Below, one piece after another: positions 1-12,838 of a stretch of DNA of 64,000 nt. Source of the DNA: Stegostoma tigrinum. Taxonomy: Eukaryota. The number at the start of each line of letters is the position of its first letter. Position 1 is the first letter of the stretch. The notes under the pieces were generated by a model that saw only the letters and a list, made by a program, of their open reading frames with translations, did not search any database and was not told the DNA's origin. The DNA lies in contig NC_081369.1 of assembly GCF_030684315.1 (NCBI RefSeq), positions 9,834,035-9,898,034 on the forward strand. The letters run 5' to 3'. The position numbers and the translations under genes are program-made.

Positions 1-650
1 GTCACGGAGAGAGTGGTCTCTCCGGAAAGCAGACAGGGGTGGGGATGGAAAAATGTCTTGGGTGGTGGGGTCGGATTGTAAATGGCGGAAGTGTCGGAGG
101 ATGATGCGTTGTATCCGGAGGTTGGTAGGGTGGTGTGTGAGAACGAGGGGGATCCTCTTTGGGCGGTTGTGGCGGGGGCGGGGTGTGAGGGATGTGTTGC
201 GGGAAATGCGGGAGACGCGGTCAAGGGTGTTCTCGATGACTGTGGGGGGAAAGTTGCGGTCCTTGAAGAACTTGGACATCTGGGATGTGCAGGAGTGGAA
301 TGTCGTATCGTGGGAGCAGATGCGGCGGAGGCGGAGGAATTGGGAATAGGGGATGGAATTTTTGCAGGAGGGTGGGTGGGAGGAGGTGTATTCTAGGTAG
401 CTGTGGGAGTCGGTGGGCTTGAAATGGACATCAGTTACAAGCTGGTTGGAGACTGAGAGGTCCAGGAAGGTGAGGGATGTGCTGGAGATGGCCCAGGTGA
501 ACTGAAGGTTGGGGAAGGTGTTGAAGTGGATGAACTGTTCGAGCTCCTCTGGGAAGCAAGAGGCGGCGCCGATACAGTCATCAATGTACCAGAGGAAGAG
601 GTGGGGTTTGGGGCCTGTGTAGGTGCGGAAGAGGGACTGTTCCACTTGAC
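1..650 (-). mobile_element. Penelope-like element fragment (same family as 16786-19482)
   Basis: Near-identical to about 17730-18395 apart from small deletions; continues beyond the window start. Confidence 0.9.
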
Positions 651-1512
651 CCCTACTGTTAATTCTGCTTTCTCTCCAAAGATGCTGCCAGGCCTGCTGA
701 GTTTTTTTCCAGCAATATCTGTGTTTGTTTCTGCATTGTACTTCATCTTCTGGCCAACACAGGAGAACATCCACTGAACTAACACAGCATTTGCATTGTT
801 TCGCGGGCTCGGTTACTCTGAGCTCCCCTTTTTTCCAGCCTACTACCCTCCCTTGGCTGTTATGCAAACCGTCGCTTCCTCTCACCATGTGAGTACTCGA
901 GTCCCCGGCTCCAGGCCTCGCTCACTCGCTCCTTCGTTTTCAACAGTAATGAGTTCAGCTCCGCAAGCTCCCTCTCCTTTAGCTGTCTCTTCCCTCCGAC
1001 CCACTTCGCACCCTCTTGGAGCTCATTCCCAGCCCGTAACAGATGTTCTAAACTCAGAGAATCACCTGCGGTCGCTGTCTCGCCTCGGACTACATTTCCC
1101 GGCAACTCGCGGTTCGCCAATTGAAACTGTTCTTTCCTGCAACAGCGCCACCTGCAGACTGCAGCGGTGTTGAATTCTCCAGAGAGCGGCAGACAGTGGA
1201 GTGGTGAGATAGTGCATTCCTGTGGCAGCAGGCGGGACTGCAGCCACTCTGATTATATTGTCTCTTGCTGCCCTTATTTTCAATCAAACTGTTCAAGTGG
1301 TTATGACACACCTCCGGTGAAGGTGAGATTTGAACACGGAAAGCCAATGCCAGAGGGAGGGACACTACTACTCCATCATGTGCCATTGAAGGTGCTGTTG
1401 AAGGAGCTTTGGTGCATTGCTACAGTGCATGTTAGATAATAAACCCCACAGACACTGTGTGGTTGTCAAAAGACGGACTGTTGAAGGTGGTCGGCAGGGT
1501 GATAATCAAACA

Positions 1513-1828
1513 GGCATGGTAGCACAGTGGTTAGCACTGCTGCCTCACAGTACCAGAGATCTGGGTTCGATTCTAGCCTTGGGTGACTCTCTGTGTGGAG
1601 TTTGCATATTCACCCCATGTCTGCATGAGTTTCTCCTTGGTGCCCTGGTTACCTCCCACAGTCCAAAGATGTGCAGGCTAGGTGAATTGGCCATGCAAAA
1701 TTGCCCATAGTGTTCAAGGAGGTGCAGATTGGGGGTTGGGTTTGGGTGGGATGTTCTGAGGTTTGGTGGGGACTTGTTGGGCCAAAGGGCCTGTTTCCAC
1801 AATGTAGGGATTCTAATTCTAATTCTAT
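1513..1828 (+). mobile_element. tRNA-derived V-SINE (HE1-like)
   Basis: A box TAGCACAGTGG, B box GGTTCGATTC, V-domain-like CTGTGTGGAGTTTGCA..CTCCCACAGTCCAAAGA, (ATTCTA)n tail. Confidence 0.85.
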
Positions 1829-1849
1829 TTTTCCTGGATGATCTCAAAC

Positions 1850-3343
1850 TTGCTGAATGACTTTGGAGCTGCGCTTATCCAGGCAGATGATTTGTCATCC
1901 ATCACACTGTTGCCTCATGCTCCCAACAGGAGGTGGAACAGTTCATCCACTTCACCAATATGTTCCACCCCAACCTCAAGTTCACCTGGACCATCTCCAA
2001 CACATCCCTCACCTTCCTGGACCTCTCTGTCTCCATCTCAGGCAAACACCTAGAAACCGATATCCATTTCAAGCCCACTGACTCCCACAGCTGCCTAGAA
2101 TACACCTCCTCCCACCCACCTTCCTGCAAAAATTCCATCCCCATTCCCAATTCTTTCGCCTCCACCGCATCTGCTCCCAGGATGAGGCACGCCACTCCCA
2201 CACATCCCAGATGTCCTTGTTCTTCAAGGACCGCAACTTCCCCCCCATAGTGGTCGAGAACGCCCTCGACCATGTCTCCCGCATTTCCTGCAACAAATCC
2301 CTCACACCCCATCCCCGCAACAACTGCCAAATTGAATCCCCCTCATCCTCACATACCACCCCACCAACCTCCGGATCCAACGCATCATCCTCCGACACTT
2401 CCACCATCTACAATCTGACCCCACCACCAAAGACATTTTTCCATCCCCACCCTTGTCTGCTTTCTGGAGGGACCACTCTCTCCGTGACTCCCTTGTCCGC
2501 TCCACACTCCCCTCCAACCTCACCACACCTGGCACCTTCCCTGCAACCACAGGAAGTGCTACACTTGCCCCCACACCTCCTCCCTCACCCCATCCCAGGC
2601 CCCAAGAAGACTCTACATCAAGCAGATGTTCACCTGCACATCTGCCAATGTGGAATGCTGCATCCGCTGTATCCATTATGGCCTCCTCTACATGAGGGAA
2701 ACCAAGCAGAGATTTGGGGACCTCTTTGCAGAACACCTACGCTCGGTTCGCACTAAACAACTGCACCTCCCAGTCGCGAACCATTTCAACTCCCCCTCCC
2801 ATCCCTTAGACGACATGCCCATCCTGGGCCTCCTGGAGTGCCACAATGATGCCACCCGAAGGTTGCAGCAACAGCAACTCATATTCTGCTTGGGAACCCT
2901 GCAGCCCAATGGTATCAATGTGGATTTCACAAGCTTCAAAATCTCCCTTCCCCTCACTGCATCCTAATACCAGCCCAGCTTGTCCCGGCCTCCCTAACCT
3001 GTTCTTCCTCTCACCTCAATCCGCACCTCCATTTCCTTCCTACTAACGTCATCCTGCCCCCTTGACCTGTCCATCCTCCCTGGACTGATCTATCCCCTCC
3101 CTACCTCCCCACCTACACTCACCTCTACAGGCTCCATCCCCACCCCTTTAGTTTGTTTGTCCCCTCTCCACCTATCTTCTCCTCTATCCATCTTCGATCC
3201 GCCTCCCCCTCTCTCCCTATTTATTTCAGAGCCCTCTCCCCCTCCCCCTTTTCTGATGAAGGCTGTAGGCCCGAAACGTCAGCTTTTGTTCTCCTAAGAT
3301 GCTGCTTGGCCTTCTCTGTTCATCCAGCTCCACACTTTGTTAT
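1850..3343 (+). mobile_element. Penelope-like element, 5'-truncated (RT C-terminus, GIY-YIG, terminal repeat)
   Basis: EQFIHFTNMFHPNLKFTW and LLYMRETKQRFGD; ends in the CTGATGAAGG..CCGAAACGTCAG terminal unit. Confidence 0.9.
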
Positions 3344-3980
3344 CACACATCTGACTTGTACTTTGTAGATGGTGGACAGACAGTGGGGTAAATTAGCACC
3401 CAATTCAAAGCCGCTGACTCTCTCTTTGCAGCATTCATATGGCTTGTCCAGTTCAGTTGCTGTTCAGTTGAAACCTCCAGGATTCTGATTGTGAGCATTG
3501 GAAATTTCAGTTTATAAATTTCACTCAAATCCATGTATATATCAAAATATACCCAAGTAATTGAGTGAGTAAAGCGTTTAAGGCATGGTGTATCTTGTAT
3601 CGGTCCAACATCTATGCAGGCTTATTTTTTGACAAAACAGCAGGGTCTACTAAACTCAGTTTCAAATTTGTTATACATTTAGTCACCCATGAGTACTGCT
3701 GTTTATTAAAACTTTCCATACAACAACCCACTACATTATCAATGTTCTAATGAGGGAAGAATCAACGTTAATTTTCTCAAGAAGTGTGGGATCAATCTGT
3801 GATGGACCTTCAAAGGGAATGGGCTTTGACTGATGTAATCTTTCCCTGTCTTCTAACTGGTTCAGTTATCGAGGGGTCAATCCTGTTAATTTTGGATGAA
3901 AGAAGCCAAAAGAATTGTCAATGCTGTTCATCAGAAACAAAAATAGAAAATGCCAGAAAAGCTCAGCAAGTCTGGCATCA

Positions 3981-4098
3981 GAGATAATGGGAAATGCAGA
4001 TGCTGGAGAATCCATGATGACAATTCTGGAGCTGGATGAACACAGCAGGCCAAGCAGCATCTTCGGAGCACAAAAGCTGACATTTCAGGCCTAGACCC
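3981..4098 (-). repeat. Solo Penelope terminal unit nested in a second-subfamily terminal unit
   Basis: Flanked by TCTGGCATCA at 3971-3980 and 4099-4108. Confidence 0.75.
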
Positions 4099-4899
4099 TC
4101 TGGCATCATCCGTGGAGAGAAATCAGAGTTAGAACTTCAGGTTGAGTGATCCTCCCTCAAACACTTCCTGTTAATTTTGATTTGTTTTTCTTTCTTACTT
4201 GACTCTTTCCTAAGATAAGATAATGTTTTGTGATGTCGTCTTTGCCGTTTTGTTCTGGAAAGTGGATTCTGTACTGCCATGACCTCATAATCCAAACTCT
4301 GAGCTTGTTTTCACAGTTTTTGCTTAATTGGTAAGGGTTCCTCAATGAATCAAACACCTAATACTGACTATATGTGTTAGAGGCCATTAGTTGGGTGGCT
4401 TATTTATTTGTCTATGTGGTTGTGGTGCCTGGAATGAGTCTACTTATTTTCACAACAGAGGGTATGGTATAAAAGTAAAATTATATTAAACTAATGCAGA
4501 TCACAAGATACTAGTGCAAATTACAAACTGGCTGGTAAAACTTTGCTGAGTGAATTTAAGTCCAAGATGACAGAAAACAGTGCACAAAAGGTGAGATAGT
4601 GAGAAATTCTTATAGATTGAGTCAATACATGGACTTGACTCATCTAAACTAATGAAGGAAGAACAATTTCCAAGCTCATCCTGTAATAATGCAGGAATTC
4701 AGTGATGGCAAGGCCTTTGAATATCAATGAGAGATGGTTAGATTCTCTTTTGTTGGAGACGATCACTTTCTGACACTTCTGTGGCATGAATAATAACTGC
4801 CTTACTTCTGCCTACACCTTGAATATTGTGCAAATCATCTACAAATGGACACAGAATATTTCACTGTCTGAAGAGTGGCATGGTGGCTCAATCATTTAG

Positions 4900-5236
4900 G
4901 GTGGCCCAGTAGCTCAGTGTTTATCACTGTAGCCTTACAGCGCCAAAGACCCAAGTTTGATTCCAACCTTGAGTGACTGTATGTGTGGACTTTGCGTATT
5001 CTCCCTGTGCCTGTGTGGGTTTCCATTGGGTGCTCTAGATTTCTCCCACAGTGCAATGATTTGCAAATTAGGTGTATTGGCTATGCTAAATTGCCCATGG
5101 TGTTCAGAGATGTGTAGGTCAGGTGCATTAGCCACAGGAAAAACAGGGATAGGGTAAGGGGATGCTCTTCAGAGGTTCAGTGTGGACTTGTTGGGTGGTT
5201 GTTAGGTGGAATGACCTGTCTCCACACTGTTGGGAT
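4900..5236 (+). mobile_element. tRNA-derived V-SINE (HE1-like), second copy
   Basis: Colinear with 1513-1810. Confidence 0.8.
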
Positions 5237-6869
5237 GAATGGCACTGAACATTGTACAAAAATCTCCATTTCTAATCCAATGATGGAGTAGAGGTCATTG
5301 ATGAAGCAGCTGAAGTTGGTTGTGCCTAGCACAGTATCCTGAGGAACTTGCACAGAGATGTCCTAAATTATTGGTCTCCAAAACCCACAACCATCTTCCT
5401 TTGTGCTATATAAGACACCAACCAATGGATTGTTAGGGTTCAGGGCTTCAGTAAATGAGACATTTTGGATTGCAAACTTACATAAAAGAATGAGCAAAAT
5501 TATTAAGAAACTATTTTAATTATTTAATATTTTAACTGAAAGGATATGATACCCGATTGAGCTTGAGGCAGATGGGTCAAAGTCCAAAGCATGGATTTAA
5601 ATTTAATCAAAGGCAATTAAAGAAGGAAAGGTTGCCTAAAGAAAATTAGGATATAAGAAGAAAATGTGTAAATCTTGATGAGCAATGATAAATATTTAAT
5701 GTGATTCAATATTTTCAACAAACATGAATTCACTTGAAAAGTAAAATCTCCATAGAGTAGGTGGACAAACTATGGGAAATCAAAAAGGTTACTTGTAGCA
5801 TTTGATGAAATAACTCTTACAGTGTTATTAACAACGGCATTGAGACCCACAATTGGCAAGATGACAAGTTATTCATGAAGATGGAGAAGCAAGAGTAACC
5901 TAGTTTTGAATGTAGTATGAGTTGAAGGAAACGAAGTGTCTAAAGAAGTAAACCTGGCTTCATTCACAATAGTAGTATGAAATATTAAAATTGGAAATAA
6001 AGAAACTGTACAGACATTAAGTGAATGTTTTGTGTCTGTCTTCATCACAGAAAACATAAATAACAAACCAGAAATAACAGGAAAATTGGTTCTAATAAGA
6101 GTGAGGAAATTCAAATTAATTATTATTAGTGAAGAGCAAATACTGGAGAACTTAACTGAAATAAGGGTTAAGTGGAGCAGTTGAGCTTATTGTGAGTCAT
6201 AGGTTTTTAAGAGAGTTGGGTATAGACTTAATGGAAAGATTGGATTTAATCTTTGAGAATTTCCTACAGCTCTAGATTAGATAATACTAAAGATAATTAT
6301 ATTGTTGCAAAAATAAAAAAGAAAGAATGTATTGAATAGAAGGTAAGTTCATCTAACTTTCAGTTTGTTGTAAGGGACATAGTAGCAGGACACTTAAAAC
6401 CAGAGGTGAGACTGTTAAAACGTATTAGTTTTGTCCAGTTTCAAGCTTAATAAATTTTGCTTGCATAAGAAATTGGAACATTATCTCAGGATAAAGGGAC
6501 ATGAATATAAACTGAGACAGGGAATAATATATTCATTCAGAGTGTTAGGAATTTCCACAATTCACAATCCCAGAGGGTCATCAATGTCAATCATTGAGTA
6601 CATTAAAGCCTAAGATTAATAGATTTTTAAGCTCTGCAAAATAAAAAAAAAGTTATCAGGAAAAAAATCTAGTACTATTATAGAAGGTCACTCATCACAT
6701 AATTGAATACTACAGCAGATTTGGCCCGTATCTAAAGCCTATTTATACTCCCATTGCTACAGATGTTATATTGATCAAGAGTACAATGTAAAAAGATGCT
6801 ATTGTTCATTATAGACTATACCTACATTTCTGATGAATTTTAAAGTATTGTTGGACATTTAGAGGGATG

Positions 6870-7930
6870 AAAATTGATTAGGGATAGTCAGCATTGTTTT
6901 TTTGGAGAAAAATTGCGTCTCACACACCAGATTGATTTTTTTTAAGAAAGTTACCGAAAAGATTGATGATGGCAGAGCAGTTCATATTGTTTACTTAGAT
7001 TTTAGTAAAACCTTTGACAAGGCCCCACACATAGACCAATTAGTAAAGTTAGAACTCATGGGATTCAGGGTGAGCTTGTCAATTGGATACAAAACTGACT
7101 TAATGGCAGGAGACGGAGAGAGGTGATGGAGGGTTCTTTTTCAGACTGAAGGACTGACCCCAGTGATGTTCCACAGGGGTCTGTTCTGGGTTCATTTTTC
7201 TTTGTCATTTATGAATGATTCAGGTGAGAATAGTGAAGACATGGTTATTAAGTTTGCGGATGACACCAAAATTGATGGCATAGTATAGATAGTGAAGAAG
7301 GTTTCCTCAGATTACAAAGGAGTCTTGATCAAATGGGTCAACGGGTTAAAAAATGGCAGATGGAGTTGAATTTGGATAAATGCAAGCTATTGCATTTTGG
7401 CACAACAAATGGTTTGGGGGGGGCGGTGTGGGACTTATACAATCAACAGAAGGGCTGTAGAACAGAGGGTTGTAGGAGTTGAGGTGCATAATTCTTTGAA
7501 GCTTGCATATCATACAGATAGGATAGTTAAAAGGGTGGTTAACATGCTTGCGTCCTTTGCTCAGTCCTTTGAGTATGGGAGGTAGGAAGTCATGGAGAGG
7601 TATAGCATATTGGTGAGGCCTCTACTGGAGTACTGTGTCCAGTTCTCGTAGCCCAGTCATAGGAAAGATGTTGCTAAGCTTGAGAGAGTTCAGAAGGGAT
7701 TTACCGGGTTGTTGCTGGGTATGGAAGGTTTAAGTTGTAAAGACAGGATGGATAGGCTGGGATGTCTTTCACTGGAGTGTAAGATTTTGAGAGATGACCT
7801 TTTCAAAGTTCACAAACTTTTGAGGGGTATGTATAGGATTAATGGTAGGTGCCTTATACCTAGGATAGGGGATCTCCAGAGTAGGGGGACATATTTTTAA
7901 GGTGAGGGAAAGAGTTTAAAAAAAATACGA
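6870..7930 (+). mobile_element. Decayed CR1-type LINE RT fragment
   Basis: VYLDFSKTFDK, GTTCCACAGGGGTCTGTTCTGGG, KFADDTK and ERVQKGFT motifs with stops and frameshifts. Confidence 0.85.
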
Positions 7931-8551
7931 GTGATGTCTAGCTCATCAGTTTAAGGGACACAGGATCAATCTCTCAACGGTTCTTAAGGGTGTTCGGCAT
8001 TGACTGAAGTCACCTCCAATTATCTCATAATTCGTTCCTTAAGTTGTCAATTATCCAGACGCCCATCTTCTTCATTAAGTTTTGTTGCAGTGTGCTCATT
8101 AACTTTTGTTGCTGTGTGGGGCATTGACTACGCGTGGCATGGGGTTAACATGTTGATTAAGACAGGAGCTTGCACACAACGTTGGCGTTTAAGCATTGGT
8201 TGTTAGCGAAAGAGAAACCGTGGGATAGAAACTGTGATTGATAAGACTGTTATTGCCAGAACCTTCTGAATTCATGTGTTCAAAAGAAATACGTCGATTT
8301 CTTCAGACTACAGCTACACACGTGAAGTCACTAATCTCTGACACATTTCTCATCTTTTTTTTTTGTAAACACATTTAAACCGAATTGTTGGTTGTCATTT
8401 GCTTAAAAGCGTCTATTTGACTTCCGTCATCCGAAATCGTTCCGTCTTGCAGCTTCCACTCTCGGATTTTAATATTTCAAATATTACTAGCCATGCAATT
8501 CATTTCCAATGTTAATTTATTTATGAGATGTTTATTTGCATTTCACATTAG

Positions 8552-9089
8552 ATTTCTATCAGGGTTTGCGACCAATCCCTCCCTGCAAAACTGCAGTTGA
8601 AAGAAGAAACCACGCTGTGTTGCCCATTGGCCCTCTTTCTTGAGGTTCATCGATGGTGTCATGGTGAAGATGAGTTCCTGAAGAAGCGAACAAGGAACAA
8701 CGGAGGGAATGTATGAAGTTTTCAGCATTTCTCAAGAAACAACGCCATCCCCCAATGCGTCTACATTCAGCTGTCCAATTTCTCAGATTTCTTCAGAGAT
8801 AGTAGGAACTGCCGATGCTGGAGAATCTGAGATAACAAGGTGTAGAGCTGGATGAACACAGCAGGCCTAGCAGCATCAGAGGAGCAGGAAAGCTGACGTT
8901 TCGGGCCTAGACCCTTCTTCAGAAATCTTTTGAAGAATTCTGAACCAATTCGGAAGAAGGGTCTAGGCCCGAAACATCAGCTTTCCTGCTCCTCTGATGC
9001 TGCTAGGCCTGCTGTGTTCATCTAGCTGTGCACCTTGGTATCTCAGATTTCCTTTCAGACTTCTGCCAAAGACAGTTACAACTTTGAAG
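8552..9089 (+). pseudogene. Decayed paralogue: 5' half of a V exon fused to 3' half of a C1 exon, interrupted by an insertion
   Basis: 8570-8680 reads DQSL..TTLCC..EVHRWCHGEDEFL (cf. EVFWWRRNEESFL). 8694-8791 plus 9052-9089 read GTTEGMYEVFSISQETTPSPNASTFSCPISQISFQTSAKDSYNFE-G|GT (cf. KTVDGLYEATSSLEEAQPVQSGVVYSCLISHECLKAPVSVSYTFNR-G|GT). Confidence 0.7.
8792..9040. repeat. Inverted (hairpin) dimer of the Penelope terminal unit
   Basis: Left arm is the reverse complement of the right arm; flanked by TCTCAGATTTC at 8781-8791 and 9041-9051. Confidence 0.85.
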
Positions 9090-9769
9090 GTATCATTTTA
9101 GAATCGTTCCCTCGTTCATCATTTCGCAGAAGACGTGGCTCTGGGTATTAACACATGATAGCAGATGTTGTTTCATTTCTTGGCATTTTGTTTTGAGACT
9201 AAAACAAAATTGTACGTGGTTTGATGATTCCACCACCTCATGCATCTTTGAGTGCTCTAGCTGAATGAATTAGCACTAACACCTGTAGGTCTTGCATTTC
9301 CATTACTCTCTTGCAGATGCTATTAAACCCGTTATTGTTTTATAGCATCCCAATATTAATAAAGGTTTGATGATCATTGTTGGGAATTATTTGAAACTGG
9401 GGTACTGTCAAAGGAAAGGTATGTGTCTATTGCTGCATTGATGTTGGAAGCCAATAAATAACTCCATTCCAGCCAAAAAGATGGGGAAATGAATGTTCTT
9501 TGCAGATGGACATTTAGAACAAAATTTTCACATTGGAAGTGAAAAGCAGATCGTCCCAAGGCAATAACTGCTACAGAATTGCATCCATTACACCTTCACA
9601 ACAAATGTGCCTCCCAAAGGACAACAATCTCCTCTGGCCATTCGGAATTAAATGTTGTGAAGCTATTGGAAATACTTTTTTTTATTCAGGAGGGAACTTG
9701 GCGGCTAAATATGAAAATGAGGTAACTTAATAATTTAAGAGGGACATGAGCAAATATTTCTTCTAAGAA

Positions 9770-12000
9770 AGTGGTACTCTTTGGACTTCCAATGGTAACA
9801 ATGCCGGTTACACCTCCATTTTTGGTGTTATCTGCAAGCTTACTAACCATGCTTCCTATGTTCACATCTAAATCATTTACATAAATGACCAAAAATCAGG
9901 GGACCCATCACTGATCCTTGTTGCACACTGCTGGTCAAAGTCTGAAAGCAACCCTCCAGCACCACACTCTGTCTTCTACCTTCGAGGTAATTATATATCC
10001 AAATAAATACTCCTCCATCTATTCCTCGTGATCTAGAATTGATAACCAGTCTACCACAAGGAATGTTGTGTAACACCTTACTGAAGGCCATGTAGACAAC
10101 TTCCACTGCTCTTTCCCTCCTCAATACTCTTCGTTACTTCTTCCAAAACAAATTATTCTAGTTAGTGAGACATGATTTCCCACGCACAAAGCCATGTTGA
10201 ATTTCCCAAATCAGTTCTGGCCTTTTCAAATACATGTAAATCCTGTCACTCAGGATTCCCTCCAAAAACTTGCATACCACTGATGCCAGGCTCACCAGTC
10301 TGTAGATTCCTGCTTTTCCTTATTGCCTTTCTGAAATAGTGCACCACTTTCGCCAACCTCCAGTCTTCTGGTACCTCACCTGTGGCTGTCAATGATACAA
10401 ATATCAAAGCAAGCGGCCAAACAATCACTTCCCTAGTTTCCCATAGAGTTCTAGGGCACGTCTGATCAGGTTCCAGAGATTTATCCACCTTCCTGAGTTC
10501 AGAAGAAGGGTCACCAGACCGAAAACGTTAACTCTGTTTTCTCCTTCACAGATGCTGCCACACCTGCTGAGCTTTTCCAGCAACTTGGTTTTTGTTCCTG
10601 ATTTACAGCATTCACAGTTCTTTTGGTTTTTAATGTGTTTTAAGATATTTTCTGTAATATGAACATTTTTCAAGGTATCATTACTTATTTCCCCACGTTC
10701 TCTGTCTTCCACACCCTTCTCCACAGTAGACACTGATGTAGAATATTTATTTAGATCTCCCCCTTCTCCTGTAGTTCCACATATAAGTGGCCTTGCTGAT
10801 TTTTAAGCGGCCTTATTTTCTCCGTAGTTACACTTTTGTCCTAAATATATTTGTAGAATCCCTCTGAATGCTCCTTAACCCTGTTTGCCAAAACTATCAC
10901 ATGTCCCCTTTTTGCCCTCCTGATTTCCATCTTAAGTGCACTTCTACTGCCTTTGTACTTTTCCAGGGATTCACTCGATCTTGCTGTCTGTTCCTTCCTT
11001 TTTATTCTTAACTAAAACCTCAAATTCTCTAGTCATCCAGTATTTGTACAGCTACCAGTATTGCCCACCACCCTAATAGGAACATACTGTCTCTGGACTC
11101 TAGTCATGACATTTTTGAGGGCTGTCTTTTTTCCAGTCGTTCCTTTACCTGCAAGCATTTACCCTCAGTCAACTTTTGAAAGTTCTTGCCTAAACTCATC
11201 ACAATGCCCTTCCTTCAATTTAGAAACTCAACTTTTAGATCAGGTCTATCGTTTTCCATCAGTATTTAAAACTAATAGAATTATGGTCACTGGCACCAAA
11301 ATGCTCGCAAAGTCACCTGCCCGGTCTTATTTCCTGACAGTAGATCAAGTCTTGCACCTTCTTTCACAGTGACATCCAAATACTGCATAAGAAAATGTTC
11401 CTGCACACACTTAATAAATTCCTCTCCATCCAAGCCTTTAACACTGTTGCAGTTCCAGTCTATGTTTGGAATTTTAAAATCCCCAATCATCACCCTATTA
11501 ATTTACAAATAACTGTCATCTCCTCACAAATTAGTGTCTCAATTTTCCAATGACTATTGGGGTAGGGATTGGGGTTTATAGAATAATCCCAATAAGATGA
11601 GCACCCTTTTTTTGTTTCTCAGTTCTACCCAATAAACTTCTCTGGAAGTATCCACCGGAATATCCCCCCGAAGTACAGCCACAATTTTATGCTGAATCAA
11701 AAACGTTGCTCCCCCTCCTCCTTGCACCCCATTCTTTATCCTTCCGATAACGTCTATACCATGGAACATTAAACTGCTAGACCTATCCATGCCTGATCCA
11801 CATCTCTGTAATTACTATGATATCCCAATCCCATGTTCCCAACCATGCCCTGAATTCTTCTGCCTTACCTGTCAGGGCTGTTGCATTTGAAATAAATGAG
11901 CATCAATTCTCTGGTGCTACCTTGTTCCCTGCATTTGACTTCCCTGATTATTTGACTTCTTTTCTCAACTGTACCATTCTGAGACTGATCTCTTTCCTCA
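9770..12000 (-). mobile_element. Decayed CR1-type LINE ORF2 (endonuclease to RT) with a nested short element at about 10495-10630
   Basis: IGDFKIPNIDW, WVELRNKK, PEDWRLA and KLADNTK segments in correct order on the - strand. Confidence 0.85.
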
Positions 12001-12657
12001 CTATCTCTCCGGGTTCCATGCGCACCCACAACCCCCAAGAACCTTGCTAGTTTAAATCCTCCTGAACAATGCTAACAAATCTCCCCTCTGGGATTTCAAT
12101 CCCTTCCAATTCAGGTGCAATTGTCCTTTTTATACAGGTCACTTCCATCCCAGAAGAAATTCTAATGATCCAAAAATGTGAATCCATTTTCCCAGCACCA
12201 GCTCCTCAGCCATCTAGTCATCTACATGATCCTCCAATTTCTACCCTTATGTTTATCAAAATAGTTTCCCAGCCACAGATGTTAAACACCAAGGCTATAG
12301 TTTCCGTGTTTATCTCTGCCATTTTTTATTGATAAAACATACCACATCAGCTATCCTCCAATCTTCTGGCACCCCCGTTGAGAGAATATAAACATGAATG
12401 GCAAAGACCCCACAATTTACTCCCTTGCCTCCCACAAAAGCCTTGGGCACTTCTCACAGGGAACTAAGGATTCATCCACTTTCAATAACATTAAAACTGT
12501 TAATACCTCCTCCCTTTCAACTGTAATTCATTGAAATATATGACACTATGCCTTCCTGACCTACATCATCCATCTCTTGTGTGATTACATATGCAAAGTA
12601 CTCATTAAAAACCTCAGCTGTGTCCTCAGGCCCCACACACTGATTGCCATTTTCGTC

Positions 12658-12838
12658 AGAGATAGTAGAAATTGCAGATGTTGGAGAATCTGAGATAACA
12701 AGGTGTAGAGCTGGATGAACACAGCAGGTCAAGCAGCATCATGGCTTCAGGAATACTGTTGATTCGGGCCTAGCTTTCCTGATCCTATAATGCTGCTTGG
12801 CCTGCTGTGTTCATCCAGCTCTGCACCTTATTATCTCT
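12658..12838. repeat. Inverted dimer of the Penelope terminal unit
   Basis: 15-bp TSD ATTGCCATTTTCGTC at 12643-12657 and 12839-12853. Confidence 0.85.

Noticed and set aside
1513-1580. tRNA gene
   Set aside because: The A/B boxes belong to a SINE head that continues into a V-domain and tail; no full cloverleaf.
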